DNA from: Fibrobacteria bacterium
GTDB taxonomy: Bacteria > Fibrobacterota > Fibrobacteria > UBA11236
NCBI GenBank assembly: GCA_043745805.1
Contig: JAYTSD010000031.1
Location: 1-64,000 of the forward strand
Length of the DNA stretch: 64,000 nt
Reading direction: 5' to 3'
Part shown: piece after piece, positions 38,513 through 48,829 of the stretch
Numbering within the stretch: position 1 is the first letter of the stretch
How the letters are laid out: each line of letters opens with the position of its first letter
The notes under the pieces: model-generated
What the model was told of the DNA's origin: nothing
The model's database searches: none
What the model saw: only the letters and a program-made list of their open reading frames with translations
Position numbers and translations under genes: made by a program

Positions 38513-39694
38513 ATGTCACAAGAAAATTATAGACTGAGTGGTCCCTTAGCTAGCATAGGGAAAGTCTTTCTAGCTATTGCAGGACTTGGTGGTATTGGGT
38601 GTGTTGTGAGTTATTTGCAAAACCCTCAAGTGTTTTTCTCATCTTATTTAACTGCCTTTGTCTTTTTTATGTGTATTGCTTTAGGCTCACTATTTTTTGT
38701 AATGGTGCATCATTTAGCTAAATCTGGATGGAATGTTACCGTACGTCGTATTGCTGAAAATATTGCGGCTAATTTACCTTGGATGACCTTACTTTTTATT
38801 CCACTACTCTTTGGAATTAGTTATTTGTTTTATTGGACTCATGCCGATGTGCAATTGGAAGACAAGCTTATTCAGTCCAAACATGCTTATTTAAACCTCC
38901 CTTTCTTTTATATTCGTGCTGCATTTTACTTTTTGGTTTGGACTTTTTTTGGCCGTTGGTTTTTAATGACTTCGGTTAAGCAAGACAATACTGGTGACGC
39001 TTTGTTAACGGACAAAATGGCCAAGTATTCGACTTTTGGAATGATTTTGTTTGCCTTCACACAAACCTTTTTCATTTTTGATTGGGTAATGTCTATTGAT
39101 GCCCATTGGTATTCGACTATGTTCGGTGTTTATTATTTTGCCGGAAGTGTGGTTTGTGCTTATGCCACTATAATTATCGTAAGCTATTTGTTACGGGTAA
39201 CTGGCAATCTTAAAGAGAGTATTACGGTTGAACATTATCATGATTTAGGTAAACTCCTTTTCGGCCATAATGTTTTTTGGACTTATATTGGCTTCTCACA
39301 ATTCATGTTGATTTGGTATACCAATATTCCTGAAGAAACTTTATTCTTTCACCACCGTGCGGTGGGTTCATGGAAAATTATCAGCTTAATGTTACCTTGG
39401 TGTCACTTCGCTATTCCTTTTGTGTTTTTAATGTCACGCAATGTGAAACGTAAATTACCTTTACTCGTTACTGGGGCGACTTGGCTCTTTATCATGTGCT
39501 ATATTGACATTTACTGGCTTGTACAGCCTAACTTTCATCATGAGGGTGCTAGCTTCGGCGTAAGCGATATTTCTAGTATTTTCTTTGTGGGCGGCATATT
39601 TATTTTCTTGTTCTTGAACCGTTTAAAGAAGTATCCCTTGATACCAATTAATGATCCAAGATTGCCACAATGTTTAAATTATGACAATGGATAA
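38513..39694 (+). CDS. actF: Alternative complex III membrane subunit F
   Basis: DWVMSIDAHWYST, HYHDLGK, SQFMLIWY.NIPEE. Confidence 0.93.
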   Translation: MSQENYRLSGPLASIGKVFLAIAGLGGIGCVVSYLQNPQVFFSSYLTAFVFFMCIALGSLFFVMVHHLAKSGWNVTVRRIAENIAANLPWMTLLFIPLLFGISYLFYWTHADVQLEDKLIQSKHAYLNLPFFYIRAAFYFLVWTFFGRWFLMTSVKQDNTGDALLTDKMAKYSTFGMILFAFTQTFFIFDWVMSIDAHWYSTMFGVYYFAGSVVCAYATIIIVSYLLRVTGNLKESITVEHYHDLGKLLFGHNVFWTYIGFSQFMLIWYTNIPEETLFFHHRAVGSWKIISLMLPWCHFAIPFVFLMSRNVKRKLPLLVTGATWLFIMCYIDIYWLVQPNFHHEGASFGVSDISSIFFVGGIFIFLFLNRLKKYPLIPINDPRLPQCLNYDNG

Positions 39695-39697
39695 AGC

Positions 39698-40060
39698 ATG
39701 AGTTCTCATCAATCTTCCTCTGAACATACTGTAGGCCACGAGACGCATGATTTTGATTTCTTCAAAATCGCGTTTTTAATTCCCATAACTATGATCGCTC
39801 TTTGTGTGTTTTTTTGCGTTTGTATTTTTTGGTTTCGGGGTGCTAGATCTTCGGAAGTAATTGAAAGACAGGCCATGGGTGGCAATCTTGAAATGATAAA
39901 CAAATTACATGCTCAAGAAAAAATGACTTTAACTCAATACAAATGGATTGATAAGGAAAAAAATATTGTACAAATTCCTATTGCGCGGGCGATGGAAATT
40001 CTTGTAGAAGAAAAAAACCAACAGCATTTACAAGAAAACACAACTGCACTTAAAAAATGA
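39698..40060 (+). CDS. Alternative complex III small subunit G-like protein
   Basis: Single TM plus YKWID....VQIPIARAM; position after actF. Confidence 0.75.
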   Translation: MSSHQSSSEHTVGHETHDFDFFKIAFLIPITMIALCVFFCVCIFWFRGARSSEVIERQAMGGNLEMINKLHAQEKMTLTQYKWIDKEKNIVQIPIARAMEILVEEKNQQHLQENTTALKK

Positions 40061-40872
40061 AAATATCACTCTTCATTTTCTTCATACTTTTTTCCTCTGT
40101 TTTAAAAGCAGAGGAGGTGACGCCGAATGAGCTAAAAGATGTTGGCATTGAAGAACATTTAGGTCAAAAAATTCCTTTGGATTTACCCTTTATCGATGAC
40201 TCAGGTAAGGAAGTTAAAATTGGAGATTACTTCAATAAAGGTAAGCCGGTTTTATTAAACTTCGCCTATTTTCGCTGTCCTATGCTTTGCAATTTAGTAT
40301 TGAATGGAATGTTGGACGGCATGAAAGGCCTGAATTGGACGCCCGGAAAAGAATACGAAGTTTTAACTATAAGCATTGACCCTCGTGAAAATGCTGAAGC
40401 GGCGACGGCAAAAAAACAAACGCATATTGCCGCTTTGAATAAATCTGGTTCGGAAAAGGGCTGGCACTTTTTAACAGGCAAAAAAGAAAATATTGAGGTA
40501 CTAACTAAAATAGTTGGGTTCGGTTATCACTATAATAAAGAGTCCGATGACTTTGCACATGCCGCAGGTATTTTTACAGTTACCCCGATTGGAAAGATTT
40601 CTCGCTACCTTTATGGAATTGATTATAAGGCACGCGATTTAAAATTGGCATTACTAGACGCTTCGGATGGCAAATCTTTGTCTCTTGGGGATAAACTCAT
40701 TATGTTCTGCTATCAATATGATGCAAATTCCAAAAACTATGTTCTCTTCGCGCGTAATTTTATGCGAGGTGGGGGCGTATTGGTCATTCTCTTTTTATTC
40801 TTTTTCTTGGGCGGATTTTGGCTCAAGGAATGGAAAAAAAAACGCTTAGAAAATCTCAAGTACAGCAATTAA
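40057..40872 (+). CDS. SCO1/SenC copper chaperone
   Basis: CPMLC, SIDPRE, conserved His (FAH). Confidence 0.92.
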   Translation: MKISLFIFFILFSSVLKAEEVTPNELKDVGIEEHLGQKIPLDLPFIDDSGKEVKIGDYFNKGKPVLLNFAYFRCPMLCNLVLNGMLDGMKGLNWTPGKEYEVLTISIDPRENAEAATAKKQTHIAALNKSGSEKGWHFLTGKKENIEVLTKIVGFGYHYNKESDDFAHAAGIFTVTPIGKISRYLYGIDYKARDLKLALLDASDGKSLSLGDKLIMFCYQYDANSKNYVLFARNFMRGGGVLVILFLFFFLGGFWLKEWKKKRLENLKYSN

Positions 40873-40890
40873 TCTCTGGGTATAAAGTAT

Positions 40891-41832
40891 ATGGACAATA
40901 GTAAAACTTTCTGGCTCCCTGAAAAGGCCTCAACATTCGCGGATTTTGTTGATCCGGCCTTTAATTTGTTTTACTGGATATCGGTATTTTTCTTTGGAGT
41001 TATTTCTTTAGGGATTATTGTATTCGTTATTAAATATTATCGTAAGCACCCTGATCAAAAAGCTACGGCGCAAATAACGCATAGTTTAGGTTTGGAATTG
41101 GCATGGACTATAATTCCATTGGCTATGGTAATGGGATTATTTGTAATTGGTGTACGTGGCTACTTACACATGCGCGTTCCCCCTCCATTTTATACGGAAG
41201 TTAAGGTACATGGACAAAAATGGTCATGGAGTTTTGAGTATGCAAATGGTGCATCTAATGACACGTTGGTAGTACCAGTTCATCAACCAATTAAGTTATT
41301 AATGACATCCTCAGATGTGATTCATTCCTTTTTCATACCTGCTTTACGTGCAAAGGCTGATGTTATTCCTAATCGCTATCACACACTTTGGTTTGAAGCC
41401 ACAAAGACAGGTGTTTTCCCTGTGGAATGCACACAATATTGTGGTACTAATCACTCTTATATGTGGACGGCTGTAAAAGTTGTATCTCAGGATGATTATG
41501 ATAAGTGGCTTGCCGACGCATCGGATTTAAGCAAAGGTAAAACACCTGCAGAGTTTGGCGCAATTGTCTATTCAAAAAGAGGCTGTAATGCTTGCCATTC
41601 TGTGGATGGTAGTAAAGGTATCGGACCGACTTGGAAAGGTATTTTTGGAGAAAAAGTAAAGTGTACCTCCGGTGGAGAATTTTTGATTGATGAAGACTAT
41701 ATCCGTGAGTCCATCATGGCTCCTCAAGCTAAAGTGGTCGCAGGATATCAACCCGTAATGCCTACATTCAAAGGTATTATTGTGGATAAAGAAGTTGACG
41801 CGGTAATCGCCTACATTAAAACCTTAAAATAA
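40891..41832 (+). CDS. coxB: Cytochrome c oxidase subunit II with fused cytochrome c (caa3 type)
   Basis: LELAWT, DVIHSF, CuA motif [13 protein letters not shown]-terminal CNACH...MP. Confidence 0.95.
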   Translation: MDNSKTFWLPEKASTFADFVDPAFNLFYWISVFFFGVISLGIIVFVIKYYRKHPDQKATAQITHSLGLELAWTIIPLAMVMGLFVIGVRGYLHMRVPPPFYTEVKVHGQKWSWSFEYANGASNDTLVVPVHQPIKLLMTSSDVIHSFFIPALRAKADVIPNRYHTLWFEATKTGVFPVECTQYCGTNHSYMWTAVKVVSQDDYDKWLADASDLSKGKTPAEFGAIVYSKRGCNACHSVDGSKGIGPTWKGIFGEKVKCTSGGEFLIDEDYIRESIMAPQAKVVAGYQPVMPTFKGIIVDKEVDAVIAYIKTLK

Positions 41833-41849
41833 GTCGGAACGGTATTTAC

Positions 41850-43454
41850 ATGAGCGGTCATGAACATAATAATATCAACTATTTAAAAGCCCAATCGGGT
41901 TTACGTAACTGGTTTGTTACAGTAGATCATAAACGCATTGGTGTGATGTATTTGATTTCTATTCTTTCTTTTTTCATTTTGGGTGGTCTTTTTGCTTTGA
42001 CTTTCCGACTTGAACTTTGGACTCCACTGAAAGAATTTTTAACTCCTGATCAGTACAATCAAATCTTTACCTTGCATGGTGTAGTAATGGTTTTCTTGGT
42101 AGTTGTGCCAGGTATACCAGGTGCCTTGGGTAATTTTATTTTACCTCTACAGATTGGGGCAAAAGATTTAGCCTTTCCAAAATTAAACTTACTCAGTCTT
42201 TATTTATACTGGGCTGGCGCATTGCTTGCCATTGTGTCTTTATTTGCTGGCCATGCTGATTCAGGCTGGACCTTTTATGCTCCGTATTCCATTTCACAAA
42301 ATCCTGCCGTTTTATGGATGATGACAGCTGGTTTTATTCTTGGCTTTAGTTCTATTTTGACAGGTATTAACTTCATTGTAACCATGCATAATATGCGCGC
42401 TCCTGGTATGACTTGGTTTAAAATGCCTTTGTTCATGTGGGCTTTGTATGCAACGGCTATTATGCAAGTTTTCGCTACGCCGGTTTTGGCTATCACTTTG
42501 ATTCTTTTACTCATAGAAAATTTTGTGGGGGTGGGGATATTTGATCCCGCATTGGGCGGCGATCCAATTTTGATGCAGCATTTCTTTTGGTTTTATTCTC
42601 ATCCTGCGGTATATATCATTGTGGTTCCTGCCTTTGGTATTGTTTCTGAAATTGTGACTTGTTTTTCACGCAAAGATATTTTTGGCTATAAGTTAATCGC
42701 GTTTTCATCGGTGGGCATTACCACTATTGGCTTTGTGGTTTGGGGACATCATATGTTTGTAGCCGGACAAAGTGAATTGGCCGATGCAATATTCTCCTTT
42801 TTAACTTTCTTTACGGCTATCCCTTCGGCTATCAAGGTTTTCAACTGGACGGCCACGCTTTATAAAGGTTCTATTAGCTTAAAGACACCGATGATTTGGG
42901 TGCTTGGAATTTTGTTTAATTTTACCATTGGTGGATTAACCGGAATCATACTTGCTATCCTCTCGGTGGATATTCATTTGCATGACACTTACTTTGTGGT
43001 TTCACATTTTCATTATGTGGCAATGGGTACTACGATGTTTGCCTTTATCGCAGGCATACATTATTGGTGGCCGAAAATTAGTGGCAAAATGTACAATGAA
43101 ACTTGGGGAGCAATCGGTGCAGTACTTTCTTTCATCGGCTTCAACGTGACTTTTTTCGTGCAATTCATAATGGGTTCGCAAGGTAGTCCTCGTCGTTACT
43201 ATCACTACTTTTCCGAATTCCAAATCCATCATCAAATTTCAACAGTTGGTGCGGGTATATTAGCTGTGGGTTTATTTATTTCCTTAATCAATTTACTCAT
43301 ATCGTTAAAAACGGGTGAAAAAGCTCCTGCTAATCCATGGGGAGCTAAAACCTTAGAATGGGAAAATGCCGATTCCCCTCCGGTACTTTATAATTTCACA
43401 GAAACCCCAGTTGTAACCCATGGGCCATATGCCTATGACGTGGAGGCCAAATAA
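41850..43454 (+). CDS. coxA: Cytochrome c oxidase subunit I, A2 type
   Basis: [24 protein letters not shown] (YS motif), WGHHMF, HFHYV, PRRY. Confidence 0.96.
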   Translation: MSGHEHNNINYLKAQSGLRNWFVTVDHKRIGVMYLISILSFFILGGLFALTFRLELWTPLKEFLTPDQYNQIFTLHGVVMVFLVVVPGIPGALGNFILPLQIGAKDLAFPKLNLLSLYLYWAGALLAIVSLFAGHADSGWTFYAPYSISQNPAVLWMMTAGFILGFSSILTGINFIVTMHNMRAPGMTWFKMPLFMWALYATAIMQVFATPVLAITLILLLIENFVGVGIFDPALGGDPILMQHFFWFYSHPAVYIIVVPAFGIVSEIVTCFSRKDIFGYKLIAFSSVGITTIGFVVWGHHMFVAGQSELADAIFSFLTFFTAIPSAIKVFNWTATLYKGSISLKTPMIWVLGILFNFTIGGLTGIILAILSVDIHLHDTYFVVSHFHYVAMGTTMFAFIAGIHYWWPKISGKMYNETWGAIGAVLSFIGFNVTFFVQFIMGSQGSPRRYYHYFSEFQIHHQISTVGAGILAVGLFISLINLLISLKTGEKAPANPWGAKTLEWENADSPPVLYNFTETPVVTHGPYAYDVEAK

Positions 43455-44104
43455 TGAGTAGCGCTACGGCTTTAAAAGAACATGAAGTAGCTCATCATTT
43501 CGATTCTGCTGAGCAGGAGTTTAATTCGACAAAGACGGGCATGTGGCTATTTTTAGCTTCCGAAATAATGATGTTTGGGGCTTTATTTGTAGGCGCCTTA
43601 CTTTTTAGAAATTTGCATACAGAAGCTTTTCATCAAGGCTCACATCATCTGAATTGGCATTTAGGTGCGATTAATACTTTTTTCCTGTTAACCGGTGGGT
43701 TAACTATGGGCTTAGCCGTGCATGCTGGACAAAAAGGTGACCAGGGTAAAGTTCGCCTCAATTTAATTTTAAGTTTGCTTTTGGCGAGTTCTTTTTTGGT
43801 AGTCAAATTCATTGAATACAAAGCCAAGTTTGAACACGGTACTTTGCCAGGACGTCATTTCTTTGCCGAAGGTTTCACGGATCCACAAACCCATGTATTC
43901 TATGGGATTTACTTTGCCATGACAGGCTTGCATGCGTTGCATGTGATTATAGGTATGGGCTTAATGATTTTTTGTTTGATTCGTAGCAGTCAAACTCGTT
44001 TTCATCGTAATTATTATACTCCACTTGAAATGACTGCTTTGTATTGGGCATTAGTCGATTTAGTTTGGGTTTTTCTCTTTCCTCTTCTTTATTTAATCGG
44101 ATAA
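43454..44104 (+). CDS. coxC: Cytochrome c oxidase subunit III
   Basis: MWLFLASEIMMF, TGLHALHV, YW.LVDLVW. Confidence 0.93.
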   Translation: MSSATALKEHEVAHHFDSAEQEFNSTKTGMWLFLASEIMMFGALFVGALLFRNLHTEAFHQGSHHLNWHLGAINTFFLLTGGLTMGLAVHAGQKGDQGKVRLNLILSLLLASSFLVVKFIEYKAKFEHGTLPGRHFFAEGFTDPQTHVFYGIYFAMTGLHALHVIIGMGLMIFCLIRSSQTRFHRNYYTPLEMTALYWALVDLVWVFLFPLLYLIG

Positions 44105-44107
44105 GTC

Positions 44108-44518
44108 ATGGAAAAAATTGGTCACGCAATATCAGCTAAAACTTTAATTATAACCTATTTACTTTTGCTAGGAATGGCAGTAGTAATGATTGGGTTGTCC
44201 CAAGTAGATGTCAAATTAATTCCATGGAATACCTTTTGGGATTATGCTTTAGTTAAAACTTTATGTATTATGGGCATGGGAACTTTAATGGCAGTAGCCA
44301 TTGTATTAGTACTTATGGGACTTGGTTGGGATCACAAATATATCAACCATACTATTTTTGCGGCTAACTTTTTCTTTTTATTAATCTTTATTTTGTTCAC
44401 CTGGGTGGATACGGCATTTCGTGGAGAAGCGGAAGCTTCTTTTGCACATAATATCGATGCGTCTTGGACTTCACCTGTGAAAATTGATTCTGTGGCTCAT
44501 CATGAGCATGCTGAATAA
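44108..44518 (+). CDS. Probable cytochrome c oxidase subunit IV (divergent)
   Basis: Three TM helices; position after subunit III. Confidence 0.65.
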   Translation: MEKIGHAISAKTLIITYLLLLGMAVVMIGLSQVDVKLIPWNTFWDYALVKTLCIMGMGTLMAVAIVLVLMGLGWDHKYINHTIFAANFFFLLIFILFTWVDTAFRGEAEASFAHNIDASWTSPVKIDSVAHHEHAE

Positions 44519-44529
44519 TTGCGCCAACT

Positions 44530-45165
44530 TTGAATCAAATTAAGCCACCCGGCTCTGAATTTGCACTCCTTTTTTGGGGCGTTCCTTTTTTGATTTTTAT
44601 CGGCATATCCGGTATGGCCTATATGCAATTTAAACAATTCAAATCTTATCTCGCTCCACAACCAATTGTTACCCATATTACTCCAAAGTCTGTTTTGGCT
44701 GAATCCTTAGCCTCTGCAAAAATTTCACTTTTCTTTTCGGGTGATCTAGGGGATACCTTAAAATTAGAGGGTGAAGATTTAACTCAATTAGCGAGAACCA
44801 GTAAATTGCTTGAGGCACAAAATAGGCAATATGAGTTTACCCTTAAGGATTCTTTAATGGTAGTTCGTAATAGCTTACCGGTTTCTCAAATACCTGGGAT
44901 TTTTATGAAAGCGCTCAGATATTTTCATCCCGAGGGTTTTGTGAATTCGGAATTACAAGCACGTCCTGATTTACAAAAAGAATTGTTTGAATGGGCGCCG
45001 GTTAAAGCAACTATGAATGGCGTGGCCGCAACCTTAACTGTATTCCCCGATCATGGAAGAATTAATGTTCGCAATTGGGTACAAGACACGGCTTTTTATG
45101 ATTCGGCTTTTAAAAGTTTGAAATCTGTACGTATCTTACATGATACGCTTTATTTAGTGCGCTAA
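44530..45165 (+). CDS. Hypothetical membrane-anchored periplasmic protein
   Basis: Single N-terminal TM; co-oriented 11 nt after the cox genes. Confidence 0.65.
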   Translation: MNQIKPPGSEFALLFWGVPFLIFIGISGMAYMQFKQFKSYLAPQPIVTHITPKSVLAESLASAKISLFFSGDLGDTLKLEGEDLTQLARTSKLLEAQNRQYEFTLKDSLMVVRNSLPVSQIPGIFMKALRYFHPEGFVNSELQARPDLQKELFEWAPVKATMNGVAATLTVFPDHGRINVRNWVQDTAFYDSAFKSLKSVRILHDTLYLVR

Positions 45166-45222
45166 TTTTTAAACTAAAATTTTACTGGGTTGATTTTGGC
45201 TGATTTATAGTAAGTCAAGCTA

Positions 45223-45834
45223 TTAGGACTTTGCTGGATTTACAATATGATCGCGGTATCTTTTTAAAAGCTCATCAGCAATGTTTTGTTTTTCACCCAA
45301 ATGGGGAAGGGCAAAGGCTAAAGCTTCCAAGGAGGACAATCCCGATTCTTTAGCTTGACCACGCAAGGAAATTTTTTCGGGTTTAATGGTAATGCGATTC
45401 AAACGTAATAGCCAAGCATTACGCCACCAAAGTGCATGGGCTTGCTTCCAAGAGCCATCGATTAAAACTAATCCCTTTAATTTGGAAAAATCCTCGAAGG
45501 GTTTTTTCTTCGGACTTAAAATTTCAACAGGCTTAGTTTGCGGAGCATTCGCTGCCAAATAAAATACACCCCATTCGGAGGGCATAGCTTCGACATCACC
45601 CGATACTTTTTTTAAACCTGGCCAAGACAAGCCAATTTTTACTTTACAGTTTTTTAAACTCAAGCGAATTAATTGTGCCGAGTTCATTTGCTTTAAAGTC
45701 TCTTGTGGATGCTGAAGAATTAATACCGGAAGATGATTAGGTAAGGCTGCAAAGAGCTCGCACCAACATTCCGTTTGTGGACGGAAACAGTTGGGGCAAG
45801 CTTGTGCTTTGGGTGTTTTAGCGTGAGGATCCAA
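45223..45834 (-). CDS. DTW-domain tRNA-uridine aminocarboxypropyltransferase family protein
   Basis: N-terminal CPNC..CWC, ILQHPQE, DGSW (DxTW variant), LSSLEA. Confidence 0.88.
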   Translation of the reverse strand: MDPHAKTPKAQACPNCFRPQTECWCELFAALPNHLPVLILQHPQETLKQMNSAQLIRLSLKNCKVKIGLSWPGLKKVSGDVEAMPSEWGVFYLAANAPQTKPVEILSPKKKPFEDFSKLKGLVLIDGSWKQAHALWWRNAWLLRLNRITIKPEKISLRGQAKESGLSSLEALAFALPHLGEKQNIADELLKRYRDHIVNPAKS

Positions 45835-45853
45835 GGATTGAAGGACTAGAAAA

Positions 45854-46858
45854 CTAGTCCACTACCCATGTGCTACCAGAATTAAAAAGCTTCTCTAAAC
45901 TAGGAGGGCTTTTTTGTTGAGCGGCTTCAAGTTGGGTTTTTACGCCATCATAATAAACCGGTCTTTCCACGTTGCGGAATACACCCACAGGAACGGGGAA
46001 GTCTGGATAATTTAAACGTGACAAATAGAATGCTAAAGAGCCACTTGGATCTTTTTCATCATGCACAATAACTTCGCTATCGGTAGCATTGGCTTTTACT
46101 TGCATTTGCATTTTGTCGAGCACTAAACCTTTTTCTTGTTCTTTACCAAAACGCAAAGCTTCGCCATGTTTTAGATAAAGTAAAGTATCGGAACGCGTAG
46201 CACGACCATAATAGTTTTCATGCACTTTATCCGCAAAGATTACGCAATTTTGCATCACTTCAACTAAAGCAGTTCCGCGATAAGCGGCAGCGGCTTGAAA
46301 TACTTCGGTCATGTGTTTAACATCATTATCCGAAGTGCGTGCCACAAAGCCTGCTTCGGCTCCAAGTGCCAAGCTGATAGGGGACAGTGGTGCATCTACC
46401 GATCCAAATGGTGTGGAAGGACTTACGGTTCCCACTGCCGAAGTAGGAGAATATTGACCCTTAGTTAATCCATAAATACGATTATTAAAAAGAATAATTT
46501 TCATATCCTGATTACGGCGTATAGCATGAATGAAATGATTGCCGCCAATACTTAAAGCATCGCCATCACCGGTGATCACCCACATTTGTAAATCGGGATT
46601 GGAAATTTTTGCTCCGCTGGCAATAGCAGGGGCGCGGCCATGGATGGTATGAAATCCATAAGTGTTCATGTAATAAGGGAAACGGCTAGAACAGCCGATG
46701 CCGGAAATAAACACGAAGTTTTCTTTAGGAAGGCCTAAGCTAGGGAGTATCCCTTGAATGGTAGAAAGAATGGAATAGTCACCACAGCCTGGGCACCATT
46801 TAATAGCCTGTGTTGAGGCAAAGTCTTTGCGAGTAAGTGGTTCGGTCGCAGTAGTCAT
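45854..46858 (-). CDS. korB: 2-oxoacid:ferredoxin oxidoreductase beta subunit
   Basis: WCPGCG, GIGCS, HGRA, GDGD, YGLTKGQ.SPT. Confidence 0.94.
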   Translation of the reverse strand: MTTATEPLTRKDFASTQAIKWCPGCGDYSILSTIQGILPSLGLPKENFVFISGIGCSSRFPYYMNTYGFHTIHGRAPAIASGAKISNPDLQMWVITGDGDALSIGGNHFIHAIRRNQDMKIILFNNRIYGLTKGQYSPTSAVGTVSPSTPFGSVDAPLSPISLALGAEAGFVARTSDNDVKHMTEVFQAAAAYRGTALVEVMQNCVIFADKVHENYYGRATRSDTLLYLKHGEALRFGKEQEKGLVLDKMQMQVKANATDSEVIVHDEKDPSGSLAFYLSRLNYPDFPVPVGVFRNVERPVYYDGVKTQLEAAQQKSPPSLEKLFNSGSTWVVD

Positions 46859-48744
46859 TATTTTTTCTCCGTAATGCGATGAAATTCTGAAACGAGATGG
46901 GAAATTTTGAAAGGCTTACCACGTACTTGATTTATACCTTCAATTGGCAAACCAAAAGTACCTGAGAGTAAAAAGCGTAATTGCCCCATATTTAGTTCGG
47001 GAACAATAACCTTATCAAAACTACGAATAACACTTTCCAAGTTTTTAGGAAATGGATTGAGATAATTCAAATGAACATGGGCAATGTCTAAGCCAGTCTT
47101 AAGACTTTCGTCAATGGCTGTGCTCACAGCACCATACGTGCCACCCCAAGAAATTACCACGGTTTTTGCTTTTGCATTTCCAACTACTTCCACATCGGGA
47201 ATGTCATTGGCAATATTGGCAATTTTTGCATGCCGTTCTAAAGTCATTTTTTGATGATTTTCGGGATCATAAGATACCGCGCCGGTTACGCTAGCTTTTT
47301 CTAAACCACCGATGCGATGTTCTAATCCTGGAGTTCCGGGTAAAGCCCATTTACGAGCTAAGGTTTTTGGATCTCTTTGATAAGCCAAATATTCTTCACC
47401 TGCTTTAGCTAAGGGCACTTCGAATTTTGGTAAATCTTTTATTTCCGGAACTAACCACGGTTCAGAGCCATTAGCAATGTATCCATCGGTAAGCAAAATT
47501 ACCGGAGTCATATATTTCATGGCAATGCGACAAGCTTCCATAGCCATATTGAAACAATCGCTGGGAGAGCGAGCGGCAATTACAGGCATTGGACAATCGC
47601 CATTGCGACCAAACAATACCATTAATAAATCGGCTTGTTCGGTTTTAGTTGGCAAACCTGTAGACGGACCACCGCGTTGCACATCAATGATAACCAGAGG
47701 TAACTCGGTCATTACCCCAAGTCCCATAGCTTCAAGTTTTAAGCAAACACCAGGACCCGAAGTAGCCGTAACCCCTAAGGAACCTGCATAGCTTGCGCCT
47801 AAGGCTGAGCCAATAGCGGCAATTTCATCTTCAGCTTGAAAAGTGATGACGCCGAAATTTTTGTATTTCGAAAGGCCATGTAAAATATCGGAAGCTGGCG
47901 TGATAGGATACGAGCCGTAGAAAATTTTACGATCCGAAAGCTGCGAAGCAGAAAGCAAACCAAATACTACCGCCTCATTGCCCGAAATTTTTCGATATTT
48001 ACCCCTAGGTAAATTGGCTTTGCGTACACGATAATGGGAAGTGAATAATTCTAAAGTGTCGGCAAAATTATAACCGGCAACGACTGCTTTTTTATTACCT
48101 GCAGCAATTTCAGGTTTATTCTTGTACTTGGTATTCGGACCATATTTTTCGTCCAACCAATTTAAAGTATGTTGTACCGGTCTGTCGTATAACCAATACA
48201 TCATGCCTAAGGTGAAAAAGTTTTTGCAAAGCTCGGCGCCTTTACCTTTGAGGCCTGCATCGGCTACAGCATTTACAGTTAATTGGGTAATGTTAGCACG
48301 TATGACACGGTAACCGTCAAGTGACCCATCTTCTAACGGGTTAGATTTAAGCTCGGCTTTTTCAATGTCTTTTTCTGTAAAGCCGGCTTCATCGACCACA
48401 AGTATGCCGCCATCTTCCAAGTCCGCTAAATTGGCTTTTAAAGCGGCCGCATTCATGGCTACAAGTACATTCAAATCATCGCCTGGAGTTTTGATGTCTT
48501 GAGAAGAAAAGTGAATTTGATAAGCACTTACACCGGCTACCGTACCGGCAGGAGCACGAATTTCGGCAGGAAAATCGGGAAGGGTGGCTAAATCATTTCC
48601 AAAAATAGCGGAAGCATCCGTAAATTGTGTGCCTGTGATTTGCATCCCATCACCGGAATCGCCGGCAAAACGGATGGTAACAAAATCCACATCTTGGATG
48701 GCTTTGTCGCTCGGATTGAGCGGGATATCGACTTCAGATGACAT
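46858..48744 (-). CDS. korA: 2-oxoacid:ferredoxin oxidoreductase alpha subunit (gamma-alpha fusion)
   Basis: AGDSGDG, YPITP, QAEDE, QRGGPSTG.PT, ELNMGQ. Confidence 0.94.
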   Translation of the reverse strand: MSSEVDIPLNPSDKAIQDVDFVTIRFAGDSGDGMQITGTQFTDASAIFGNDLATLPDFPAEIRAPAGTVAGVSAYQIHFSSQDIKTPGDDLNVLVAMNAAALKANLADLEDGGILVVDEAGFTEKDIEKAELKSNPLEDGSLDGYRVIRANITQLTVNAVADAGLKGKGAELCKNFFTLGMMYWLYDRPVQHTLNWLDEKYGPNTKYKNKPEIAAGNKKAVVAGYNFADTLELFTSHYRVRKANLPRGKYRKISGNEAVVFGLLSASQLSDRKIFYGSYPITPASDILHGLSKYKNFGVITFQAEDEIAAIGSALGASYAGSLGVTATSGPGVCLKLEAMGLGVMTELPLVIIDVQRGGPSTGLPTKTEQADLLMVLFGRNGDCPMPVIAARSPSDCFNMAMEACRIAMKYMTPVILLTDGYIANGSEPWLVPEIKDLPKFEVPLAKAGEEYLAYQRDPKTLARKWALPGTPGLEHRIGGLEKASVTGAVSYDPENHQKMTLERHAKIANIANDIPDVEVVGNAKAKTVVISWGGTYGAVSTAIDESLKTGLDIAHVHLNYLNPFPKNLESVIRSFDKVIVPELNMGQLRFLLSGTFGLPIEGINQVRGKPFKISHLVSEFHRITEKK

Positions 48745-48829
48745 GGGGCTTATTTACTCCTATTGACTTTTTGAATTTTTAATTTCGCGGTTAAAGATAG
48801 CAAGAATTATAGTCCAATGCTGTTTGTGT

